Below, in pieces: positions 16,527 to 34,029 of a DNA stretch of 64,000 nucleotides (positions are counted from its first letter, which is position 1; each line of letters begins with the position of its first letter). This DNA comes from Chrysomallon squamiferum (taxonomy: Eukaryota; Animalia; Mollusca), in the NCBI GenBank assembly GCA_012295275.1, contig CM022678.1, positions 6,882,001 to 6,946,000 on the forward strand, in the 5' to 3' direction. The notes under the pieces were generated by a model. It searched no databases. It had not been told where the DNA came from and saw nothing but the letters and a program-made list of their open reading frames with translations. The position numbers were made by a program, and so were the translations under genes.

Positions 16527-16920
16527 AAATAAATAAATAAATAAATAAATTAAGTAGATATGCAAATTAACAAAAATAACAAACAAACAAACTGTAACGT
16601 TTTAGAGATAAATAAATAAATAAACAAACAAATAGCATTAAGGGAAATAAATAAATATACATTTATCTAGACATCAGTATTTTGTTAACAAAATATATAA
16701 AATAAGAAACTTATGACTACAACATGTATTACAGCTCGATAAAGGATTTTCTAAAATTACGTTTACTACTGATTGCTAATATTTGTTTTTAACTAAATAA
16801 TGAAAAAACATTTATTAAATTAGATATCCAAAGAATATAAAGAAGAAACAAACAAAAAAAGAAACAAAACAAAAACCACAAAAATCCCCAAGAGTAATCA
16901 GATAAAAAAAAATAAAAAAA

Positions 16921-16993
16921 AGCCCACGTAGGGACTCGAACCCTAGACCCTCAGATTAAAAGTCTGATGCTCTACCGACTGAGCTACGCAGGC
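16921..16993 (-). tRNA. tRNA-Lys-TTT: tRNA-Lys(UUU)
   Basis: Exact reverse complement of the 13432 copy. Confidence 0.95.
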
Positions 16994-18050
16994 TCTGATT
17001 AAAACTTCTAATCAGATGTTACGAACGTATAAAGTCCACTGTAATTATAAACAGTAATGTTTTATAAAGAAGAAAAGAAATAATAATAATAAAAATTGAA
17101 TATAGTAACATTGTTACTGTAAACTAAAAACTGTTTTCTTTCTTTTTGTTTTGTTTCTAAAAGGACAAAAAATATAGCATTTTTATCGGTATTAAAAATA
17201 TAAATATATATATATATATTTATATTAATTTTAGATCAGCCATTTGATTTACATTTTGTTTTGCTTTGTTGGTTTTTTTGGTGTTTTTTTTTTTTTCACA
17301 TCAAACCGTTATTATCAAATATTGTTTCCTGTAGATAAACAGGAAAGGTGGGGGGTTAAAAAGAAGAAAAGGAAGTTGTTATGTATTTATCTTCAATAAA
17401 TGAATATTTTTCTCCATGATCTCATTTTTTATTTTTTATTTTTTATTCTGTTTGTAAGATGAAACACAAATATAATTTTTTCCCAAGACATTATTAATTT
17501 TTATTTATTTTTTATTCTGTATATAATATGGAAAACAAATATTAAAATGATTATAGAAAATAATTAATATAATTTAATATGATTAAACATGTTATTTCGT
17601 CACGTTTCTCCTTTTTTTTTGGTTAATAAGATTTTCAAATGTTTTCAGAAGTAAGAGTATTTCAAAAGGTGTTTTATTTTTTTATTATTTAATTAACTTT
17701 TCACCATTTGTACATTTTTTATCTAAGAAAATATTACAGAAAAGAATAACAACAACAACAACAACAACAATAATAGTAACAATAAGAACGAATAAGAAAA
17801 TAACTAAGTGAATGAGTAAATAAATAAGTAATAAGTCAATAAATAAATAAATAATTAATTAACAAATAAAAGGATCTACGTTTTCTAGAAAATAAATAAA
17901 ACATTTCGCTGATAAAATTGAATCACCATGATACTGTAAACTCAGTTATAACTAATTTCAGTTATTACTAAAACAGTGAGTCAAAATAAAATGTATTATA
18001 TATATAAAAAAAAAAAACATAATAATAAAAAAATAAATAAATAATTTTAC

Positions 18051-18123
18051 AGCCCACGTAGGGACTCGAACCCTAGACCCTCAGATTAAAAGTCTGATGC
18101 TCTACCGACTGAGCTACGCAGGC
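18051..18123 (-). tRNA. tRNA-Lys-TTT: tRNA-Lys(UUU)
   Basis: Exact reverse complement of the 13432 copy. Confidence 0.95.
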
Positions 18124-18947
18124 TATGGTAAAAGCCTATAATCAGATGTCATTTTGACTTGAAACGTTTTATAAAGAAAAAAAAAAAAAAAAAAATAAAA
18201 AAGAAAGAAAGAAAAATATAAATAATATAAATTGTTTTCTTGCTAAAATCTTTATTCTTAAATATCTTTAATTTTTTTTTTATTTTTTTTTTTTTTTAAA
18301 ATAATTCTTAGAGAAAAGTGGTTATTAAGATGAATAATGTTTTATGATTTCATTCACATCAAACCGCTATTATCAAATATTGTTTGTTTAGATAAACAGG
18401 AAAGAAGGGTTGAAAGAAAAAAAATGAACTTGTTATGTATTTGTCAAACGAATAATCAGATGCCATGAACATAAAACGTACAGCACGAGAATAATAATAA
18501 CAATATTGTGAAGAAAAAATGTTATCTTGCAACAATCTTTCTTCTTGAAAATCATATTACCTTTTTTTTTTTTTTTACAAGTGTTAACAATTTTAAAATA
18601 TTTCTTAGATGAACCATGCTGACGAAGTTCAGGAATAATTTATGGTTTCGTTCGCATCAAGCTGTTATTATGAAATATTGCTTTCTTCAGATAAACAGGA
18701 AAATGAAGAAACAAAAAATAAAAAAAAAAAAAAAAGAGTGAGAGAGAAAAAAAGAGAAGAAGAAGAAAAAAAAAAAAGTATAGAAGGAAGGAAGTTGTTA
18801 TGTAGTTTTCAACAAACACATATTTTTCTAAAATAATTTTTTTTTTCTTTATTCTCTTTGTACGATGAAACAAAAATATTACAGTATTTCTAAAACTATT
18901 TTCAATTGTAGCTAATTTCTGTTATTAATTAAACGCACTGTTTATGA

Positions 18948-19003
<56 letters not shown>

Positions 19004-19007
19004 TTAA

Positions 19008-19053
19008 AGCCCACGTAGCGATTCGAACCCTAAACCCTCAGAGCTACGAAAGC
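19008..19053 (-). pseudogene. tRNA-Lys pseudogene with 27-nt internal deletion
   Basis: agcccacgtagcgattcgaaccctaaaccctca|gagctacgaaagc. The segment covering the D loop through the anticodon loop is deleted at a GA microhomology, and there are several substitutions. Confidence 0.85.
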
Positions 19054-19651
19054 TAAGTTTGATACTCCCAGTGACACGTTATGACGTAATAGATACACAA
19101 TAGATTTGATTTACAAATAAGAAAAAGGTTTAGTTGGATGTACTAGTAATCTTAGATTGATTTTCAACACAATTTTCTATTTGTTACTAATTCTTCTTCT
19201 TCTTCTTCTTATTATTATATTGTTTTATTGTTTTCTTATTTTTCTTTTTTTCTTTTTCTTTTTCCCGAAATATAAGTATCTGTCCGTTAATTTGATATAT
19301 GTCTCTCTACCTGATATAGAGACCAAAGGGAAATTAAAAAAACAAAAACAAAAAAAAAAAAAATGAGGAAGTTGTTCTCAGAAAACACGTACTTTATGTT
19401 TGTCTTCAATTTTTTATTTTTATTTTTTATTTTTATCTCTCGTGACCTTCCGTTTATTTTGTTCTCTTTCTGAGACAAAACGAAAAAATTAATGCTATTT
19501 TATTTAACTCTTTTTTTATTTTTTTTTTATTTTTAGAAAATGAATATAATTATTTATTATCGGCAAACGTGGAAAATGTCACACTTTTGTCATCATTTTT
19601 CTATTTGTGAGAAAGTTGAAATTTAATACTTTAATTTCAGCGCGGAATGAA

Positions 19652-19707
<56 letters not shown>

Positions 19708-20048
19708 AACAAACAAAGAAAAGAAAACAATCACATGAAATTGATAAAACCTTTTTTTCTTACGATATTAGCATTGACGGATGACACCGAACTGTAGAGC
19801 ATCAAAGTTTGTTTCAGATTACGTATGCGCAGCAGCTTTGTCTGAATCGTGACTAATAAATATTAATTTCTTTATTTATTTATGTTGTTTTTCTTAATTC
19901 ATTCAGTTTATTTTTATATTTATTCATTATTAAGTCTTTGAAATTCTTTATTCTTGCTGTCAGAGCGACTGTCCATTTATTTAATTTGTTTGTCTATCTA
20001 TCTGTCAATCTCTGTATCTGTCTGTCTGTTTGTCTGTCTATCAATCAG

Positions 20049-20125
<77 letters not shown>

Positions 20126-20126
20126 T

Positions 20127-20177
<51 letters not shown>

Positions 20178-20924
20178 ATATATAAATATATATCCATCTA
20201 TCTATCTGTATATCTATCTCTCTATCTATCTATTTGTCTGTCAATGTATCTGTCTGTTTATATGTCTGTCTGTCTGTCTGTTTGTCTGTCGGTCTCTCAG
20301 CACTTATATAACTGTCATTATGAAAAATCAGTATCCAAGAAAAATAACGCTAAACGATTTTTTATAAGAATACGAAAGAAACAAAAACGTAACCTAGCCC
20401 CAAAAAAACAACAACAACAAATAATTGTTTCACGTTTTATTAAAAAATCATATTAAAGATACTGCACTGCTTTACACACATATATCAATAACCAAATTTC
20501 AGTGACGTACTTAACATCACCAACATCTAAAGACCTCTGTCAATATTACACAGTCCCAGGAACAAAGATTAAATTATTGAGAAAAAAAACAACAAAAAAA
20601 TTATTTCCTGCCATTGTTACTACTGGCAGCGGTTTATTTGTGTTGAACAATTTTCCGAGGAAACTGGTATTTGCTTTAGCCAAACCAATCCAGTATGTGA
20701 CATTAGAAGTCGCAGTATAAATATATGCATGATATACGGAATTAATGCTGATGTGTACTTGTATCGCAGTGAACAAATAGACTGAATGTATTTTTGTCAA
20801 CTTTCCTGTGAATACGTATTGTATTTCTAGACACCTATACTTTGTCAACAATCAAGAACAAAACATGTTTACATATAAACATAAATGGTAATTTACTTCT
20901 CTGATGTAGACATATATTCATACA

Positions 20925-20998
<74 letters not shown>

Positions 20999-21048
20999 GC
21001 AGTATTGGCTATTATACTGAAGTCACAGATCTGAAAACGTTAGTTTAA

Positions 21049-21121
21049 ACCTGCGTAGCTCAGTCGGTAGAGCATCAGACTTTTAATTTGAAGGTCTAGG
21101 GTTCGAGCCCCTACATGGGAC
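21049..21121 (+). pseudogene. Probable tRNA-Lys(UUU) pseudogene
   Basis: Full length, but the acceptor stem ACCTGCG/CATGGGA is mismatched at pairs 1 and 6, and there are substitutions in the anticodon stem, variable region and T loop. Confidence 0.75.
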
Positions 21122-21496
21122 TCAATTTTATTTTTTATTACTTTTTGTTTATAAACATTTTTAGTTTTATTGTAATCAGAAATAAACTATAAATAAAAAT
21201 GGTTTTGGAATATCCTGCAAAATAACGTAAAATGTTTGCATAACGTGACATATACTGAATAAACATTTTAATTAAAATTGACCCCCCCCCCAAAAAAAAA
21301 AAAAAACAACCTTAACGATCAGCCATAAATATATCTGAGATGTTATGATAATGAAGTATTCTTAAAAATAACTAAGAATTTGGAATCTCATATACGTACA
21401 TGTGATGCCAGTGAAATTATTTAGTCATTTAAATAACCTATTCATTCATTCGTTTATTTTTTGTTACTTACGTATTTGCTTACTTTTTGTTATTGT

Positions 21497-21602
<106 letters not shown>

Positions 21603-21925
21603 GTTGATCTTAGTGTTGTTTTTGCTATTATTTTTATTACACTTATTACTGTTGTTGTTGTTGTTGATGATGTTTTTGATATATAGGTGCCATTATCGAT
21701 CTTTTTCATAACTAAGATAATTAATTACTGATTAAACTTGCGATATAAATGTTTTGTCTCTAGTCAGAAGTACTGTGTGGCTTAATAATATAAAATAAAA
21801 ATTTAGTTTAACAAACAAACGAACGGACGACGGACAAACACAAAAACAAAAACGTAAACAAAAGGAAAAAGAACAAATATTAGATATGCGCCTGTATTAG
21901 TGATATAAAATCAAGTCTACTATTT

Positions 21926-21991
<66 letters not shown>

Positions 21992-22470
21992 AAGAAGAAG
22001 AAGAATATGTAATACCAATTACCTACCATTTGTTTGAAGACATCATTCCTAAAGGTAAATCCGGCAAATTAACTGCTTAGTGTAGTAAATTCAACGTCAT
22101 ACCCATTCATGACGTCATAACCCTGAATACGTTAAGATCAGTACCCGGCGAAATGTCCCGAGTGAAACCGATTTTTCAAAACTAGATAATGCTTATATCA
22201 AAATGTAAATTTATTTTTTAAATCTAATTCTTTCTTTATGTGATTGTTATATAATTTGATAAAATCCTAAAAATGCTATAAATAAATAAACAAATAAATA
22301 AATAAATAAATTAGTAAGTAAGTAAAATGTATAGATTTATTATTTTTATTTATTTATTTATTAGTTTATTAGTTAGTATTCCCCATACGATATGTATACT
22401 GAATATTCGGGTAAAACAAAACATTACTGTTATGCGTGTTCTTCTGTATCTGAGAGCGTGTTTGTGTTCC

Positions 22471-22548
<78 letters not shown>

Positions 22549-22647
22549 CGCTTTCTCTGTGTATGTTCGCGCGTTTGTTTAAACTGTTTATTGTCACATC
22601 TGCGTGACAATATCAATGGTTCAATATATTTGCCGCTATTGCATCAA

Positions 22648-22720
22648 GCCTGCGTAGCTCAGTCGGTAGAGCATCAGACTTTTAATCTGAGGGTCTAGGG
22701 TTCGAGTCCCTACGTGGGCT
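22648..22720 (+). tRNA. tRNA-Lys-TTT: tRNA-Lys(UUU)
   Basis: Identical to the 13432 copy; T-run ~7 nt downstream is a plausible Pol III terminator. Confidence 0.95.
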
Positions 22721-22830
22721 GTAAAATTTTTATTTTGCATTAGTACTCAACGAATATCAAACCCGAACTGCATATAACTGATACATTTAGATTTCTTTCA
22801 TTTAGAGAGTGGTCTTCTATTATTATTATA

Positions 22831-22866
<36 letters not shown>

Positions 22867-23006
22867 GTTACAATTATATGTATAATGTCAACGATATATA
22901 TGGAGACAGGGATTGAAAATAAATAAATAAATAAAATAATAATAGTAATAATTAAATTAATTACTACTACTACTACTATTAATACAACTACCACTGTTAC
23001 TAGTAT

Positions 23007-23047
<41 letters not shown>

Positions 23048-23236
23048 TATTAAAACATTTTTTTTTTTTTTGATCGCTGACTTTATGTCTTTTTTTTTTT
23101 TTTTTTTTTTAAAGCATGTACTTTTATCCACACAAACAATATTTTCCAATGACAGTATCAAGTTTCATTTGGCGGGAACAATATCCTATTTATTACATTT
23201 GCTGTCAGCGACGTTATATTACCTTTTCGACAGAGC

Positions 23237-23368
23237 TATAAATAGAACTGTAAACCGTGTTCGAGGTTATAAGGGGAGAGAACACCTGGATGATCTGTCA
23301 TGCAGGTTCTTCGCGATTTATTTCCCTTGTTCTTCAAATACGTTCTCTTGTATCATAAATTAAGAAAG
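23237..23368 (+). promoter_or_regulatory. Candidate TATA box and non-coding first exon of the GPCR
   Basis: TATAAAT at 23237; donor AAG|GTAAGC at 23368/23369; acceptor ctattttcag| at 23780, 33 nt before the GPCR ATG. Confidence 0.5.
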
Positions 23369-23813
23369 GTAAGCGGGTTGTATGAGAATTTGGCCGCACT
23401 ACTAAAAATATTTTTTTTTTACTCCCGTGAAATTAGGTGTGTCAGTCAGTTTTCCCCATGAATGAATTAAATTAAATATTTATACTATGGGAATTATACG
23501 CTTAAATTTTTAAAGTGCTGAAATTGTGTTAAACTTATTAGAAATTGTAGGAAAAAAAAAAAAAAAAAATGAAATAAACTAACTAACTAACTAAATAAAT
23601 AAAATAAAATAAAATAAAATAAAATATATAAATTAAATAAATTAAATTAAATTAAATTAAAATAAAAATAAATAAAAATATTATAATTCAAACAAATATT
23701 ATATCAGCTAGACTTATTCCCTATTTTATTTCAATCTATTTCATTTAATTAATTAACACCATTTCGATTGCTATTTTCAGAGAACACACGAGAACACCAA
23801 GGCTTTTTCAATC

Positions 23814-25092
23814 ATGAGTAAATGCACGCATGCGCTGTTTGACGACAACGCCAACCATTCACTGGACGAGGTCAGGCAACGTCTGGTTGAGCTGGAAGAC
23901 GAGGAGGCCATCTTGAAACTGCCCGCCATCTTGTTTGTCGGAATCTTACTTCTGGCCGGTTTGTTTGGAAACCTCCTGGTGTGCATAGTGTACTATCTGA
24001 AATTCCCAGCTAGCACGTCAAAGTATTTCATTCTGAGCCTCGCCGTGTTCGACTTGTTGAACTGCACGATCGCAATTCCCGCGGAGGTCGTCGATTTGCG
24101 CTACGACTTCCACTTCAACTCCCCCATCATCTGTCGCATCATGAGGTTCACGATCACCTTCAACACGTCGGCTTCGGCGGGGACGTTGCTGGCCATCGCC
24201 GTCGATCGGTACCGCAAGATCTGCCGGCCGTTCGAGAAGCAGATGACGTTGGTGCAGATAAAATTCTGCATCGTCGCAGCGGTCGTGGTGTCCTTGATGG
24301 TGTCGTGGCCGGCGGTGCTGTTGTACGGAAGAAGCACGGAGATGTACGAAGGGGTCGAAGTCTCCGACTGCTCCTTCGACGACAGCGTCAAGGACACGCC
24401 GTACCCGAGGGTTTACATCGTCGTCATGACGATACTGTGCATCGTTTCCATAGGCATCGTCATCGTGCTCTACGTCTTGATAGTCATGAAAGTCTGGCGT
24501 CAGAAGCAGAAACGAAAGCTCTTCACGTCGCCGAACTGGAACAACAAATCGTCGCCGTCACCTTCGGTAGCGGTAACAGCATCAGCACCAGCAGCAGCAG
24601 CAGCAGCATCATCATCATCCAAGCGCCTCAACTGCACTCCCAACGACAGCACCAACGACGTGGCCGGGCGTTCGACGGTCGACGCTTTCGGATCCTGCCA
24701 GCGAAACGAAGCGAAAGCAGAACTTCGGCCAGAACCAGTCGATCAAGACGACGCTGATGCTGCTGGTCGTCACCGCCGTCTTCATCCTCAGCTTCATTCC
24801 TTACTTCACGCTGATGATCGTGAAAAGCGCCGTGCGACACTTCGAGGACGACCTCCACTGCAACCACCCGGCCATGGTGGCGTACAAACTCTTCCTGCGG
24901 TCGTTTTTCATCAACAGCGCGGCCAATCCGCTGGTGTACAGCTTCTGGAACGACAAGTTCCGCGTCGAGTGCAAGCTCTTTCTCACCGGCCTCTTCTGCC
25001 ATCCGTCGGCTTGCGCAGCGGGGCCGAAGAAGGAGACGTTCGATATGGAAATTCCCGTGAGGATCAAGAACGTGGAAGTAGTGACAGATTAA
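23814..25092 (+). CDS. Class A (rhodopsin-like) GPCR, peptide-receptor-like; reading frame broken in ICL3
   Basis: The frame from 23814 gives TM1 GN, TM2 LAVFD, a TM3 Cys and DRY, TM4 WP, an ECL2 Cys and TM5. TM6 (FILSFIPY) and TM7 (NSAANPLVY) are in the +1 frame, open from 24577 to the stop at 25092. About 425 aa if joined. Ligand family not assignable by eye. Confidence 0.9.
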
Positions 25093-25323
25093 TTAAGTGA
25101 TTTTAATTTTAATGATTGTTTACCATAATGACGAATTTGGTGCTAATTAATAAATGAACGGATGTATATATAAATATAAAAAAATTAAAAAAATTTAAAA
25201 AAAATTTAAAAAAATAAAAAAATAATTATGGGACCATTTGATGATAGGTAAATTAATGCTATTATTGTTTTTGATTACGCGAATATGCTAAAGTAATGTG
25301 ATGTAATACACATATATACATAA

Positions 25324-25356
<33 letters not shown>

Positions 25357-25945
25357 GACATAGATGATAGATACATCAATAATATACATACATATACGTG
25401 TTTGTGCGCTTGAGTATAAGTGTGTGTATTTGTGTTTGCATATCTGTGTGTCTTTGGGTATCTCATGTTTTTACGTATGTGCATTTGTGCGTGCATGTAT
25501 GAATGCGCGTTCCTGTTTATACACATGTGTATTTATCAGTGTGTGTGTGAGTGTGTCTAAGAAACAAAAATGCTGATGAAGAAAGAATAGTTTTGGGTAA
25601 CACGCACACACAAATACGCGAGCACGAACACACGCTTCAAATATGCCTAATTTAACAATACTCATTCTTGAATGTGAATAGCTTACTTCATGAATTCAAT
25701 TGTATCGTATTATATTACGGTAAGAATTGTTGAAAACGAAGAATACTACTATACTGGAAGATTATTTTCATGATTTAAAACAAATTATATCATTAAAAAA
25801 CAGATTATAAAATTGCATCTCGTCATAGTTTTAATTTATGTATTTATTTAATTACAATTTTTTTTTTTTGTGGACTTTCATTTTGTGCGGAAGTCAGAAA
25901 GTAAATCCATTTTTATACAGCGTATGTTTTATCATTTTGTACCCC

Positions 25946-26540
<595 letters not shown>

Positions 26541-26731
26541 GTCTATTTTTGTCAGTCTCACACTATATATAGATAGATAGATAGATTTTGTATTTAAAAT
26601 AGAAATTATAAGAAAAACATAGAAAACAGACAGACGCAGAGAGCAATGACGGTGACCAAAAATACACATGTCCATAAGTCAATATTTGGACAAAAGACAT
26701 TTTCAATTCACACTGTCAGTTACAGCAGGTC

Positions 26732-30252
<3,521 letters not shown>

Positions 30253-30492
30253 ATCGTAATCTGCAAAAAGTCGACGATTCCGGTGAGTTTGTCTTATTTT
30301 TCATTCAAGACATGCACCAAAATAAACAAGAAGTCGATGGCATCCAGATGTCGTATGACGTCATAAATAGTTATATGACGTCTTAAAGTGCGCCAAATAT
30401 TTTCCCTTGAAATTTCGTGAAAGACATTTTTCTTTATTTTAAAATATTCTTTCTTTCTTTCTTTCTTTCTTCTTCTTCTTCTTCTTCTTCTT

Positions 30493-30523
<31 letters not shown>

Positions 30524-30865
30524 TTATTATTATTATTATTTTATCTCTCAGCTATTTCTTGTTGCTTATTTCAGAAGTTTTCTTCCTGTACCGTCTGTAA
30601 GTAATATTAATTAATTTACCAGATAATTAGTGTGTGTACGTGCGTGTGTACGTGCTTGTGAAATCTTGATATGGAACAAAACGCAATCTATTTAAATGAT
30701 GCTTCTGTCATACTGTCAGCATCTTTCTATATTGTATAACTTCATTGTCATCTAGGTTTGAGAAAAACAGACTCACGTAAACACACACACAAATATACAC
30801 ACAAACACATATATTAAATTTTTGAACAGCGAATAAAGATGTCGTCAGGAGTATGTCTCAGTGTG

Positions 30866-30899
<34 letters not shown>

Positions 30900-31104
30900 G
30901 CGTTTTCATTAACCCATATTTTGCAGTGAATTTCGAGTTTAGAGCTGTGAAGGCCGGTTTTGCTTATTTTTCTTTGTCAGTAATACTGTTAGATTAGCAA
31001 GAAAATTCTCAAATTACTAAGAGTAGATTGGTAACAATTAAATAAAAATTTTTTTTTTTTTTTTTTTGTTCGCTTTCTGCATTCTAGAACATAGAACACA
31101 AATA

Positions 31105-31455
31105 CAGTGGAACCTCGAATTACGAGTGCCCCCCAATTTACGAATATTTCTTTGAGTTGCGAGCGAAAATCCGAGTTACGAGCGAGCTTCAGATACGCCG
31201 CCGCTAGTTGGTGCAACGAACAACATAACATCCGGCCAGCATCCCCTGTCTCACTCGTTTACTTCACGTGGTTACCTCGCCGCGGAAGCATCCCTGTTGT
31301 GTTGTGTTGTGTTCGCGTTTTGTGCAGTATTTTGCCAAATTTCTTTTTTCTGACCATGGATCCTAAGAAATACAAAGGACTGTGCTGAGTGCAAAAGAAA
31401 TTCGGTGAATGACGAAATTTGAAAAGAAATAATCATTAAAATGAAAAAGAAAAGG
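31105..31455 (+). mobile_element. 5' fragment of a Tigger/pogo-type (Tc1/mariner superfamily) DNA transposon
   Basis: TA target followed by CAGTGGAACCTCGAATTACGAG, a pogo/Tigger-like terminus with internal ttacgag repeats. A decayed ORF start ATGGATCCTAAGAAA (MDPKK) at 31356 is followed by broken KEIIIK-like sequence resembling the N-terminal HTH of pogo transposases. No right end seen. Confidence 0.7.
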
Positions 31456-31844
31456 GTAAAGAAGAAGAAGAAGATCAAGAATAACAACAACAACAAAAAA
31501 AAAAAAGAAACTATTTTATTCTGATCAGGATAAACATGTTTAATATATAAAACTCAAATGAAGCTAGAATTTAATAAAATGGGGTGATCATCGGTGGTAA
31601 CAATATAATTTTTTTAATTTGATTTAGCTTCATTTTATATACAAAATAGAAAGAAATATATAATAAATAAATAAATAAATAATAAAATAAAATAAAATGT
31701 GAAACAAAAGGCAGAAGACAAAAATAAAGAACCACACGCACATATACATACACGCACACGCATTACAGCACATCTACTTTTTCTCCCAAAATTCAAAAAT
31801 ATGCATCAACAAAAAAAGTGAATACAACGGGACGCCATTTAATC

Positions 31845-31875
<31 letters not shown>

Positions 31876-31917
31876 TCATCATCATCATCATCATCAACAA
31901 CAACGTCGTCGTAGCGG

Positions 31918-33859
31918 CTACATGTTAGTCGTGTCGGTGCTGCTGGGCGTGGTCCCGTCGATGAGGAGATCGTCCCCCGGGAGAAACCGCGTGGACAGGA
32001 ATAACAGCATGTTGAACGTCAGCACCTGGAACAGCATCACGACGAACACGACGTGGATGAAGCTGTTGGGCCCCAGGCTGTGGAACAGCAGCCCCCCGAC
32101 GAACGGGAGAATCATGTTGCCGACGCTGATGCTGAGCACGCAGTAGGAGACGATCGTCGGCGTCATCGCTATCTGCTCGGACGTCCACGCGAAGCCGGCG
32201 CCCATCATCGGCGACGTGGTGAAGCCGAAGCAGCCCGAGCACAGCCACAGCAACGTCTCGTCCTTCGTCCCGAGGGTGATGAGGGCGAACCCGGTCGCCA
32301 GCAGCAGGAAGCCGTTGATGAGGATGATCCTCAGGCTGCCGAGGTACGGCGTCACGGCCGTGTTGATGACGCGCCCGAAGAGGCAGCAGGCGAAGAAGAA
32401 CGACGTCATCAGCACCATCGTCTTCTTCCTCAGCTGCAGCGGGCCCTGCACGCCGAACAGCGTCAGGAACGTCGCGTACGTGACGATGTTGCCCACGACG
32501 GGGATGAAGTAGATGAAGACGAACGCCAGGAACGTGTAGTACAGCCACTTCTGGTTCAGTCGCGACGGGCCCGTCACCACTTTCTGCACGTTGCCGTCGT
32601 CGTCGTCGTCGTCTGACGTCACGTCGTGGTAGAGGCTGCGCGCGAAGTAGTAGAGGAAGGCGAACGCGCACGGCAACGTTAACACGCCGAGGTAAACGTA
32701 CGCTTCCTTCACCCTCGTGTCCTTCGACGTGCAGTACCTTTCGTCCGGCAGGTTCGTCTTCGTGAAGTTCCGCGGCGTGATCACGTGACTCATGAGGAAC
32801 TCTTCGTGCCGGTGCTCCTTGTTGCACAGAAACGGCTGCGTGATGAACGGGGCTAGGACGGCTCCCGCCATTGCCCCACTCAGGATGAACTGGTAAGGTA
32901 CCGCCTTCTCCTGCCACAGGAACTGCACCTCTCGATCAAGACTGGGCGAGAAATACATTAGTAAGTATGTAAGTAAGTAAGTAAATAAGTGAGTATGTAG
33001 GTAAGTAAGTAAGTAAGAAAGTAAGTAAGTATGTAGTATGTAGGTAAGAAAGTAAGTGAAGTAAGTAAGTAAGTATGTAAGTAAGTGAGTAAGAAAGTAA
33101 GTAAGTAAGAAAGTAAAGTAAGTATGTAAGAAAGTAAGTGGTGGAGTGAAGTAAGTAAGTAGTGAGGAGGTGGGTGTAAGTAAAGTAAGTAAGTAGATAA
33201 GTGTAAGTAAGTAAAGTAAGTAAGAGAAAGTAAGTAAGTAAGTGAGTGAGTCAGTAAGTAAGTAAGAAAGTGAAGTGGTAAGTAAAGTAAGTAAGTGAAG
33301 TAAGAAAGTAAGTAAGTATGTAAGAAAGTAAGTGAGTGAGTGAGTAAGTAAGTGAGTGGGTGGTGAAAGTAAGTATGTAGGTAAGTGGGAGTGAGTGAAG
33401 TAAGTAAGTGAAGTGAGTAAGTATGTAAGTAAGAAAGTAAGTAAGAAAGCGAATAAGAAAGCAGGTACCTAAATATGAATGTAAATAAATAAATAAATAA
33501 ATAAATAACGAAGTAAATAAATAAATATATAAATAAATATTTGAATAAATAAATGAATATCTAACTAACTAACTAACTAAATAAATAACGAACGAAGTAA
33601 ATAAATAAATATATATATAAATAGATATCTAACTAACTAATTAACTAACTAAATAAATAAATAAGGAACTAAGATAATAAATAAATAAATGACATTAAAT
33701 ATGAAAATGCTAATGTTCGAATTATTTGTAAATTTCATTTTTATAATTCAGTCTATGAGTTCATTAAGTTAATAATAGTAGTAGAAGTAGTAGTAGTAAT
33801 AGTAACAAATATAATATTAAATAATAATAATAATAATAATAATGATGATGATAATAATA

Positions 33860-33902
<43 letters not shown>

Positions 33903-33998
33903 CGTAAAGCCAAAGGAAATATACGTTTTAATTTAAGCGTAACGAAATTTAAATTCGTAAGTAGAGAAGTATATTAACATTTCTACTAAAAACATAAA

Positions 33999-34029
<31 letters not shown>

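Noticed and set aside
32960-33470. Dozens of GTAAGT donor-consensus motifs
   Set aside because: A by-product of the (AAGT)n repeat, on the strand antisense to gene B.
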